Positions 36,176-46,322 of a DNA stretch of 64,000 nucleotides are shown here, piece by piece. Under the pieces are notes generated by a model. It was not told the origin of the DNA and searched no databases. It worked only from the letters and a program-made list of their open reading frames with translations. Made by a program: the position numbers and the translations under genes. The stretch is from Pecten maximus (Eukaryota), in assembly GCF_902652985.1 (NCBI RefSeq), contig NC_047016.1, forward strand, positions 31,682,001 through 31,746,000, read 5' to 3'. Position 1 is the stretch's first letter. Each line of letters starts with the position of its first letter.

Positions 36176-37156
36176 TTGGGTCAGCCCCACTATTTGTACA
36201 ATTTTTAATCCTTACCCCAAGGGGATGCTACCAGGTGAATATGAGCGATATCCATTGCTCAGTTTCAGAGAAGAAGTTGTTTATATCAATTAACCCAAAT
36301 TGACCCTGTTTGGCCCCGCCCCTCAGCCCCCTAGGGGTCAGCCCCACCATTTGTACAATTTTGAATCCCTTACCCTAGGGAAAGCTACCAGGCAAATATG
36401 AGCCATATTCATTGCTCAGTTTCAGAGAAGAAGTTGTTTATATCAATTTAGCCGAATTGACCCTGTTTGGCCCCGCCCCGCAGCCCCTGGAGGGTCAGCC
36501 CCAACATTTGTACAATTTTGAATCCCTACCAAAAGAGGACGTTACCAGGCGAATATGAGCGATATCCATTGCTTAGTTTCAGAGAAGAAGTTGTTTTTAT
36601 CAATTTAGAAAAATTGACCCTGTTTGGCCCCGCCCCTCAGCCATCCGGGGGGTCAGCTCCACCATTTGTACAATTTTGAATCCTTACCCCAAGGGGGTGC
36701 TACCAGGTGAATATGAGCGATATCCATTGCTCAGTTTCAAAGAAGAAGTTGTTTATATCAATTAACCCAAATTGACCCTGTTTGGCCCCGCCCCTCAGCC
36801 CCCTGGGTGTCAGCCCCAACATTTGTACAATTTTGAATCTATACCCCAAGGGGATGCTACCAGGCAAATATGAGCAATATACATTGCTTAGTTTCAGAGG
36901 AGAAGTCGTTTATAACAATTTAGCCAAATTGACCCCTTTTGGCCCCGCCCCTTAGACCCCTGGGGGGTCAGCCCCACCATTTGTACAATTTTGAGTCTCC
37001 ACCCTATAGGGATGCTTTTGACCAAATTTGGTCAAATTCCGATCTGCGGTTATGAAGAAGAAGTCAATTGTTGACGGACGGACGGACGACGGACGGACGA
37101 CGGACGCCACGGTATGGCATAAGCTCACCTTGGTCCTTCGGACCAGGTGAGCTTAT
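36176..37156 (+). mobile_element. HINE/pearl-like non-autonomous Helentron: about 5.4 x 157-bp internal tandem repeats, (GACG)n microsatellite, 3' palindrome
   Basis: GTCAG anchors at 36180, 36337, 36494, 36652, 36809, 36967; GACGGACG tract about 37073-37105; AGCTCACCTTGGTCC-TTC-GGACCAGGTGAGCT hairpin. Confidence 0.9.
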
Positions 37157-37524
37157 AAGTCTATTAATGAAGTTGAGAAACTCAAAACTACCCGTAGTAT
37201 GCTGCTGCTGATTAGGACGACATTTGGACAACATTCTGCGACATGTTTCTATTCTACTTCTCGATACATCGGTCTAGTGTGAGACGAAGTAACTGGTGAA
37301 CTTCGCGTTATTTAAAATGATAATGCATGAGAGTTTTTCAGGAAGGGACTGAATTATCGAATGACTCCTTCCATTAAATGGAATATGAATCTTAAGATAC
37401 TTATGAATTCCGTTTAAGAATATGTAAGAAAAGAGGACATGCTTCATTAGATTCACTTTCGGAGTGGATTAAGTCCATTAGGTTCATAATTCTTAAAAGA
37501 TGACGAAGCTTAGAATCAAAAATG

Positions 37525-37942
37525 TAAACAAAGGGAGTGCAGAATATGATACCTGTACTCATACGAGATATTTCTATAATAATATCACATTAAGATATAT
37601 TCCAGTGAAATCAAGTTAGGGGCAATAACTCTTTGAATATGTGAGCGCGGGTTCTGAAACTCGAACTCATCCGATATAGCCAGAGGAAACCCCTTATCAA
37701 GTTTCAGGAAACTGTGAACTCGTGAGAGGCTGAGAGCGCTGACAAAGTCAAATTGAGTGAAATCAACTAAGGGCAATAACTCTGTAAATAAAGGGGCACG
37801 GGTTCTGAATCCTCCGAGATATTGCCATAGTTAACTTATGTAACAAATTTCTTGAAATTCTCTTGAAAAATGAACTCGTGAGAGCGCTGACAAATAAGTG
37901 TAACACACGTACGTACCAAACTCCGTTTGTGAGGGATAATAA
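37525..37942 (+). mobile_element. Degraded HINE-like element of another family (two ~150-bp core units)
   Basis: GGGCAATAACTCT and GAGAGCGCTGACAAA each occur twice about 150 bp apart; ACGT-type microsatellite remnant at the end. Confidence 0.5.
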
Positions 37943-38839
37943 GTTGGCTATCGTCTGTAAACACTATTATATTTACTGTTTGCAAACAAAAGCTTGCTTG
38001 ATAACCAGGGTAACCCTTCCTACATGATGTTCGTGTTTTCTGAAGATGAACTCCATAAGAATCCTTACAAACATCGTTTTTTTATTGCTGTTTATAGTTG
38101 TTCTGTAACTTTTTATCCGAAGTAGGTCAGGGCTCCAGTCATTTTGGGGTACTAAGTGTTGTTTATTCTAGAAGTGGAATGAATGGATTGTGGATTTTGA
38201 AATACTCCAAAGATGTTTGAACAACCTTCGCCTTTTCCACTCTTTACGCTGCCATTTCTGTCAAAGTGTCATGGATATGATTCTGTCTTAGGACATTCAC
38301 CGACAGATCACACAGACACGTTTTTGAATTTAACAACAAAATAGTATTCATTAACAAACTCGCTTCCACACTTTAGTGATATATTTGTAGCAAATTACAC
38401 TTCAAAATACACTTCATCAGAGGTTTAAAAAACTTGAATTAGCTATATCAAACTATTAATAATGTAATTATAATATAATTAGTTTAACAATATTTTCATT
38501 CAAAATTCATTCAAATATACATACATTTTTATAATTTGGGATCGGAAAACAAGCTTAAAGCTTATATTAATTCCTTTCAACTGTGAACTGTTAATACTCC
38601 ATTGATATGGACTATGTGGTCAGACATGAAAATACTGCAGTCAGTTCTGTTACGTCACACTAACCATATGTAGACTAGAAACTTTTATATTGGTACTTGA
38701 CTAGTAGTTGTACACACAGTAAATCATATTTCATATATTTCTGGCCTCACAGGTTACACTCCCTCAAATTAACCTCAAACCTGTATCTACTGGTGGATTT
38801 AAAGGGAGGGAGGGGGAGGGGGAGGGGGTCGCATGCCAA

Positions 38840-38934
38840 GGATCCTGTGTAAAGAGTCCTGTTTTGACCTCTACCCCTGACCTGGATGTATATAATCGGT
38901 GTTGGTGACACACATAGCTGTCAAACCCAAGAAA
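38840..38934 (+). promoter_or_regulatory. Putative core promoter: TGACCT-n7-TGACCT repeat plus TATATAA box (copy 1)
   Basis: TATATAA at 38889-38895, 46 nt upstream of an ATG; strongly conserved with the copy at 54142. Confidence 0.5.
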
Positions 38935-38995
38935 ATGACGATCATGCTGTGTTTAAACTTCTATGTTTTACTCATCAGCTGTTGTTCTTGGTCAG
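38935..38995 (+). CDS. Orphan first exon encoding a signal-peptide-like sequence MTIMLCLNFYVLLISCCSWS-G, phase-1 donor
   Basis: aaaATG start, hydrophobic core with small residues at the end, CAG|GTAAGA donor; downstream exons not found. Confidence 0.5.
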
Positions 38996-39049
38996 GTAAG
39001 ACGGAAAGTTGTGTGTGAAAGTTTGGGGTTTTTTTTGTGTGTGAAATTT

Positions 39050-39348
39050 AAACTTTGCAATATTCCTCATTAGGGCCGACCCTCAGGCCACTAAGCGCAA
39101 GAGTCATCATTTATGCAAAATTAGTCCTCAAGGATACTTCTGACCAAGTTGGTCAAATCCAACCAGTAGCGATTTACAGGATTGATCTCCATTTTCCATA
39201 TTGGGCCCCGCTCATCCCCAAAGATGCTTATGACCAAATTTGGCCAAAATCTATTCAGTCCTTTATGACTAGTAGCGATATAAAGGAAAAGTTGACGGAC
39301 TCCACGCCATGACCTCAGCTCACCGGTCTTTGGGACCAGGTGAGCCAT
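39050..39348 (+). mobile_element. Degraded HINE, 3' portion, related to 36176-37156
   Basis: TGACCAAATTTGG core remnant, GTTGACGGAC, AGCTCACCGGTC-TTTGG-GACCAGGTGAGC hairpin. Confidence 0.72.
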
Positions 39349-39500
39349 AACAATGATTCCAAGAGATGCAGTTTGATGTCGACCATGGGAACGTTTTTAT
39401 GGGTCGACATAATCTTTGTGAATTGTAGTCGAACGTGATTAGCGGTTTTTTTCAAATGCGTATTGGTTACGTTGTCTGCAAACTTGTTCTCATTCGAGAA

Positions 39501-41597
39501 TGTATGACGGGTGTCGTCGTGACCTACATTTGTATGACGGGTGTCGTCGTGACATACATTTGCATGACGGGTGTCGTCGTGACCTACATTTGTATGACGG
39601 GTGTCGTCGTGACCTACATTTGTATGGCGGGTGTCATCGTGACCTACATTTGTATGACGGGTGTCGTCGTGACCTACATTTGTATGACGGGTGTCGTCGT
39701 GACCTACATTTGTATGACGGGTGTCGTCGTGACATACATTTGCATGACGGGTGTCGTCGTGACATACATTTGCATGACGGGTGTCGTCGTGACATACATT
39801 TGCATGACGGGTGTCGTCGTGACATACATTTGTATGACGGGTGGCGTCGTGACATATATTTGTATGGTGGGTGTCGTCGTGACCTACATTTGTATGGCGG
39901 GTGTCGTCGTGACATACATTTGTATGACGGGTGTCGTCGTAACATACATTTGTATGACGGGTGTCGTCGTGACATACATTCGCATGACGGGTGTCGTCGT
40001 GACATACATTTGCATGACGGGTGTCATCGTGACCTACATTTGTATGACGGGTGGCGTCGTGACATACATTTGTATGACGGGTGTCGTCGTGACATACATT
40101 CGCATGACGGGTGTCGTCGTGACAAACATTTGCATGACGGTGTCGTGACATACATTTGCATGACGGTGTCGTGACTACATTTGTATGACGGATGTCGTCG
40201 TAACATACATTTGTATGACGGGTGGCGTCGTGACCTACATTTTTATGACGGGTGTCGTCGTGACCTACATTTTTATGACGGGTGTCGTCGTGACCTACAT
40301 TTGTATGACGGGTGTCGTCGTGACCTACATTTGTATGGTGAGTGTCGTCGTAACCTACATTTGTATGGCGGGTGTCGTCGTAACATACATTTGTATGACG
40401 GGTGGCGTCGTGACAAACATTTGTATGGTGGGTGTCGTCGTAACCTACATTTGTATGACGGGTGTCGTCGTAACCTACATTTGTATGACGGGTGTCGTCG
40501 TGACCTACATTTGTATGGTGGGTGTCGTCGTGACTTACATTTGTATGACGGGTGTCGTCGTGAACTACATTTGTATGACGGGTGTCGTCGTGACATACAT
40601 TCGTATGACGGGTGTCGTCGTGACATACATTCGTATGACGGGTGTCGTCGTGACATACATTTGTATGACGGGTGTCGTCGTGACCTGCATTGTATGACGG
40701 GTGTCGTCGTGACATACATTTGCATGACGGTGTCGTGACTACATTTGTATGACGGATGTCGTCGTAACATACATTTGTATGACGGGTGGCGTCGTGACCT
40801 ACATTTTTATGACGGGTGTCGTCGTGACCTACATTTTTATGACGGGTGTCGTCGTGACCTACATTTGTATGACGGGTGTCGTCGTGACCTACATTTGTAT
40901 GGTGAGTGTCGTCGTAACCTACATTTGTATGGCGGGTGTCGTCGTAACATACATTTGTATGACGGGTGGCGTCGTGACAAACATTTGTATGGTGGGTGTC
41001 GTCGTAACCTACATTTGTATGACGAGTGTCGTCGTGACCTACATTTGTATTGTGGATGTCGTCGTGACACATTTGTTTGGCGGGTGTCGTCGTCACATTT
41101 ATTTGTATGGCGGGTGTCGCCGTGACACATTTATATGACGGGTGTCGTCGTGACCTACATTTGTATGACGGGTGTCGTCGTGACATACATTTGTATGACG
41201 GGTGTCGTCGTGACCTACATTTGTATGACGGGTGTCGTCGTAACCTACATTTGTATGGCGGGTGTCGTCGTGACCTACATTTGTATGACGGGTGTCGTCG
41301 TGACCTACATTTGTATGACGGGTGTCGTCGTGACCTACATTTGTATGGCGGGTGTCGTCGTAACCTACATTTGTATGGCGGGTGTCGTCGTAACATACAT
41401 TTGTATGACGGGTGTCGTCGTGACATACATTTGTATGACGGTGTCGTCGTGACCTACATTTGTATGGCGGGTGTCGTCGTAACCTACATTTGTATGACGG
41501 GTGTCGTCGTGACCTACATTTGCATGACGGGTGTCGTCGTGACATACATTTGTATGACGGGTGTCGTCGTGACATACATTTGTATGACGGGTGTCGT
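39501..41597. repeat. CpG-rich minisatellite, 30-bp unit TGTATGACGGGTGTCGTCGTGACCTACATT, about 70 copies
   Basis: Direct periodicity; internal higher-order duplication with 564-bp offset. Confidence 0.98.
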
Positions 41598-42491
41598 TGA
41601 TGAAGCGGAAGACGCTTACACTTCGGAACGTCTGGTTTTATTCTCTTGATCGGTATTTGGTTCTTTTTTAAATGCCGATAGTGGCCCAGCAACTAAGCAA
41701 TTATATCTTTTTTCTGTCTTATTTTGTTAATAACCACTAGACGAAATGATAACTGAAAATAAAAGTCCCTAGATTAGTTTTTAAACAATGTGTACAATTG
41801 TCCCGTCATTAAACTGAAATTCGTCAGTAATCGCAGCTTACTTACTTACTAGTTCCGATTTGGGGAGTGTCATCCACAATACTCCTGGGGCTACGTTCAC
41901 ATTCGCTCGCAGAGAGCGAAAGCGAACATAAATCATAAAATGCCCCCTGACCAATCAAGAATGGAGGAGTGTGGCTGAGACACTATGCATTATTACACGC
42001 GTACTACTCTGCTTATTATATATTTTATTTCTCTTAATTTTATAACAATATTAATACCTGGTTTTAATGCTGATCAATTGTGTTGCATGACGTGTACAAC
42101 AGAGCTCTCTCCTGGTTAACTTGAGGACCTGGGCCAGAAGTTGACTGCCTGAAAAGTTCACACACACAGTCATAAACAAAGCTATATACCATAACAAGTA
42201 ATCATGTTTGAAGCGTCTATTAGATTGACACCCCATTAATCCTCACAAGCACAAAATGTAGTTGTCTCGAAAGACAGATTTTGACACAGCTTTCTTCTTA
42301 TATCGGAAAGTCATATTTAACGCACCGTTTTGCTTTTCAAAGGAGAACAATAGTTCATATTCACAAATGTAGTTTCAACAAAGCCATGTATACATTGACA
42401 ATCTGAATTTGTAAAGCTGATCCACCTGCTTATAAAAACCTCCTGAAGTTCGAAAAAGAAACTTTCCAATAAGAGGTTTGAGCTAATATAA

Positions 42492-44243
42492 TTAGGCATC
42501 TTCCGTACAAGCGCGGAGCACTTCCTCTATACTAATACCATCTTCATGAAATGCAGACGCCGTTTGTGGATCATTTACAACTTGAAATGCAAATGCCCTC
42601 CGCGCCTCTCGATTCGATTCTGGATCATCCGGGTCTTGTGAGGACCTGATTTCAATCCCGTTTCTGCCACGCCTTACGACAACACCTGGCCCGCCACTGC
42701 TACCCTGCTGCTGTCCCAGCGATCCCAGATTTTCAATGTTTCGTATATTACCTGACAACATTTCCTGTAAAGTCTCCATTGAGAGTCCGCCAGATCCATC
42801 CTGGGAGGACACCATTGCCGGATTGCTGCACAGCATTTCTCTAAGGGCAGCATTCATTCCTTCTTCACTACCACCTATCCTTAAATGTGCAGTTCGGTGT
42901 CGAACACGATTAAACATTTTATCAATACTGTAAATTCTAATTTGTCCGGAAAACATGTCTCCGATCCAGAATTTCTTATCTGGACCGAAAGCAATGCATG
43001 CTGGGTCACCGGTATGGTCATCATCACTACCCAGCAGCATGCCTAGTAATTTGGCCTTTGGACCGAGCACGTGGATAGACGAGGAAGAAAAATCGTGCAC
43101 GAATATCGTCCCGTCCTGGTCACAGCAGATTGAAGTAGGGGTGAATTCGTCAGGCCTCTCCGTCTCCGACGGTCGGCTTCGTGTTGGGAAAGTAATCCCT
43201 TTTTTGTACGACTCGCACGTCATTTCACGCCCTAATAAGTACACCATGTTCCGTTCCTCATCGGCAACACATATCTGCCGAGTCAAAGCATTATATTCGA
43301 TTGAATTAATTCGTTTGAATGTCGAGCGTTCGTTGATTCCCCTGATATCGGCAAGATTCCTATCCGAATCGTATATCATAACGTAACTTACGCCATCTGA
43401 AGACGCACTTACGTCCAAAGCGCCGATAACTAAGCCGTTTTCTTCATAGTTACAGAGAGACGTCGGGTAATAAGCGCCGGTATCGATGAGCAATTCACTT
43501 CCAGTTGAATTACACTTCAAAATGGACGCAACATCTTTACAAATGGCGAGTAAGCCATCTTTTTCATTCCAACATATGTCTAATGTTTTTCCGCGTCCAA
43601 CTGTGCGTTTGTCCTCTATATGCCCAGATAAGTTGAATTTGAATACATCTGATCCCTCATCTAACAAGATCCAGGCACTATATGCAGAAACGGGTATGAT
43701 TTTGGTTACACGTGTAGCTCCTGGGGCAGTGAAGCCATCCTGCAAATCGCCACAGTAACAGGATCGGACGAGTCCATTTAACAGGTGCTGAATGGTTCCT
43801 CTCATGGCTGGATCATCAGGATAGATAGCGGAAGCATCTACAATATCTGTGTCGTGGCATTTGTTATTTGTGTCGTTATCATCACTTTTTCCGTGATTTT
43901 CAAAGCATGTTTTACACAAGCAGAATGAGCAAGAGGCACACTCTAGCAGGGGCACATGGCTTCTATAATCACACGAATCACAAATGTACTCATTACACGA
44001 CGACACAAAGAAGTTTGTCAGTAACGAATCGACAGTTTTCTCCCTTGGTAATGTGGTAACCTGGCGGCAAACCGGACAAGGAATATTCTGCGCGTTTTTT
44101 GCCGACGAGTTGACCTTTTTAAGACACACGCTACAGAAAGTGTGTCTACACACCAACAGCTTTGGGGTTCGGTACACATTCATACATATTGCACATTCCT
44201 CCGTTACCAGACCCGTACCGTCCCCAGGAATGATGTCCTCCAT
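42492..44243 (-). CDS. TRIM-like E3 ubiquitin ligase, 583 aa: C3HC4 RING, one B-box-like Zn module, NHL-like beta-propeller, C-terminal tail; single coding exon
   Basis: RING CAIC..PKLLVCRHTFCSVC..CPVCR; Cys/His cluster CDSC..CASC..LCKTCFENH; NHL-like blades (PTSICCDQDGTIFVHD, PACIAFGPDKKFWIGD). Acceptor tttcAG lies 21 nt upstream of the ATG (exon from 44264). Confidence 0.9.
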   Translation of the reverse strand: MEDIIPGDGTGLVTEECAICMNVYRTPKLLVCRHTFCSVCLKKVNSSAKNAQNIPCPVCRQVTTLPREKTVDSLLTNFFVSSCNEYICDSCDYRSHVPLLECASCSFCLCKTCFENHGKSDDNDTNNKCHDTDIVDASAIYPDDPAMRGTIQHLLNGLVRSCYCGDLQDGFTAPGATRVTKIIPVSAYSAWILLDEGSDVFKFNLSGHIEDKRTVGRGKTLDICWNEKDGLLAICKDVASILKCNSTGSELLIDTGAYYPTSLCNYEENGLVIGALDVSASSDGVSYVMIYDSDRNLADIRGINERSTFKRINSIEYNALTRQICVADEERNMVYLLGREMTCESYKKGITFPTRSRPSETERPDEFTPTSICCDQDGTIFVHDFSSSSIHVLGPKAKLLGMLLGSDDDHTGDPACIAFGPDKKFWIGDMFSGQIRIYSIDKMFNRVRHRTAHLRIGGSEEGMNAALREMLCSNPAMVSSQDGSGGLSMETLQEMLSGNIRNIENLGSLGQQQGSSGGPGVVVRRGRNGIEIRSSQDPDDPESNREARRAFAFQVVNDPQTASAFHEDGISIEEVLRACTEDA

Positions 44244-45536
44244 TCTTTAGGCCAATGTGTCAAACTGAAATGTAAACAAGTCCAATATAATCAAAGTGTT
44301 AATGAATTGTTATTTCATTGCTTGACTATTTTCAAATCGAAGTTGTAAATTTGCACACCGTACTACTCTGTCAGGAGATGGTCCTGTTGAAACAGACTAT
44401 TTTTTATTCAGCGGCAAAGAATGACGCTGACACCACCATTTTACAATAAAGTGACCGGGTTTAAAGCAATTGGGCGGAGACATCCCAAAAATGACGATGG
44501 ATGTTCAATATAAAACGGGTTGACAGGAAAGGCTTCTTGTAGCGTTTTAAAAGAGAAACTTAGGAAGTGAGATCACTAAAGAATGGAACTCAATATTACA
44601 GATGATGTTGGGACGTCGGGTGGCGCAGTGTTCTCATCAGATGCACACACAAAGGTAATGATTAACTACAGACTTGTCGTAATCAATTTGAATATATCCC
44701 GACAAGCTTTGGTGTAAGTAACCTGGAACCTGGACAGAGTTCTTTCCTATCCGTACCAAGCATTCTGTCTAAACGCATCAAGTTGTAACGAGAAACCGAC
44801 AAGGATGTGTTTTTTGTCCATATCTACATAAATCAAAAACATTCTTATTTACAGACGATACTGTGATCTATTGGTAAATAATAGAATTATTGGTTTTGGT
44901 TTTACCTTTAAAAGTGTCCTATTAACAGCTGATGTCATATAAGGACGGGTCTCCTGTATACAAGATGCATGTTTGGTGAGTGTGCGTTTTGGAGGCTACA
45001 GTACTAGTTTGTCTTTGTTTGTCTCCTTGTCATAGCGCGGAACTAATCGAATATTGAGGATAAAATAAGCACTACCAGATCTCGACAGTTCACTGTCATA
45101 CGATCTTTAAAAAAAGTTCTAAAAAAGTAAGGTTCTCCAGATAGAAGAAATAAAACAAAGTAAGTACATATTTGCAGTTAATTGTCAATTAGTGATGCGT
45201 GGAAGAGACACGATTTTAAGAAGCTACAAGTGCTTGTTATGCCTCATATTGATGTTGCATCACTCCTTCGAATTAAGTAATAACTGCGCCTGGCGTCAAC
45301 CGTTAGAGTGACCAAGATGGACTTTGGTCATTGAAAGCTCTCGGTAAGGTTGGAAAAAAGTTGTGATGACGAGGCTAAATCTGAATTTATTCATAACATG
45401 TGTCGAAGAGAGACAGCATTTGTAACAGGACTTGAGGAACTTTTCAATATTATCGCAGCCCAAGGAGAGAGAAATAAAACAACAAACCATTTGACATTTG
45501 ATGTCGGAACGAGACTAAACACGGAAGACTTGAAAC

Positions 45537-46019
45537 CACAGGCGTCTCTTCTGGTTAGTTATACTAGAAACAAGAAATGCCTTTAAAAAAGATAAACGGC
45601 ATATTTTTAATTCTGATGGTTATAATGTAAAACTGGTGGTGAAATAAATCAACGAACTAATGCGTTTCAGCACGGAAAACAAAAGTGTATCAGTTTGAAT
45701 CATTTTTGGTGATAATAAGACTGCATTTGAATCGGGAATATAATTTTATCAATGTGTCATTTGAAAAGATACAGCCACATATTCAGCTTACATTCAATCT
45801 TAACTTTGTTTCGTTTTTAACTGCACATTGACCAATCACATACTTCATCTTGACCAGTAACGCCACCTGTCGCGTCATATCCGGGACCAAAAGAATATTA
45901 TACTGAATATTAGACCCTACTCATACTATAAACAATGTGTAACACTTGAAAATCTACGATGCATCGACTTTGGAACGGAAATAGTTAGTATTGTTTATAG
46001 AGTTGTCAACCAATTAGAT

Positions 46020-46058
<39 letters not shown>

Positions 46059-46322
46059 TACCACTAGAATATATATAGGATACTTCCGTTCCACAGTCGA
46101 TGCATCGTCGGCTATCACGATCGCTTTTGATCCATCTCATCTTTTTAAATTGTTGTCATACGACTGAAGAATAGCATGCATTGATATTTAAGGATTCTAA
46201 ACCAATGGACATTACTGAAGTTTGCGTACATTTGATATTTTAATCGGATTGAACTTAATTTCAAAGTGAATCGAAGCTCACCCCCTTGTTCCTATTATAC
46301 TAACCAGAAACAGACGCCTGTG
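45537..46322. mobile_element. MITE with ~23-bp TIRs (CACAGGCGTCT..TTCTGGTTAGT) and 7-bp TSD TTGAAAC; possibly P-superfamily
   Basis: TIRs at 45537-45559 and 46299-46322; TTGAAAC at 45530-45536 and 46323-46329. Confidence 0.85.

Noticed and set aside
38803-38828. G-quadruplex-like GGGAGGG run upstream of promoter copy 1
   Set aside because: Absent from copy 2, so it is not part of the conserved module; likely a TE remnant.
39315-41692. 703-aa and other long repetitive ORFs (HDDTRHTNV, MTGVVVTYIC, SRRHPSYKC)
   Set aside because: A 30-bp unit leaves several frames open on both strands, and indels switch frames freely. These are minisatellite artefacts, not a His/Asp-rich protein.
42736-44348. 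Plus-strand ORFs overlapping the minus-strand TRIM-like gene (and similar shadow ORFs at 56586-58281)
   Set aside because: Antisense or alternative-frame shadows of real coding sequence.
45296-45586. Coding-looking stretch LEKSCDDEAKSEFIHNMCRRETAF...
   Set aside because: Short, has no ATG or convincing splice sites, and runs into the MITE; probably a TE remnant that I cannot assign.
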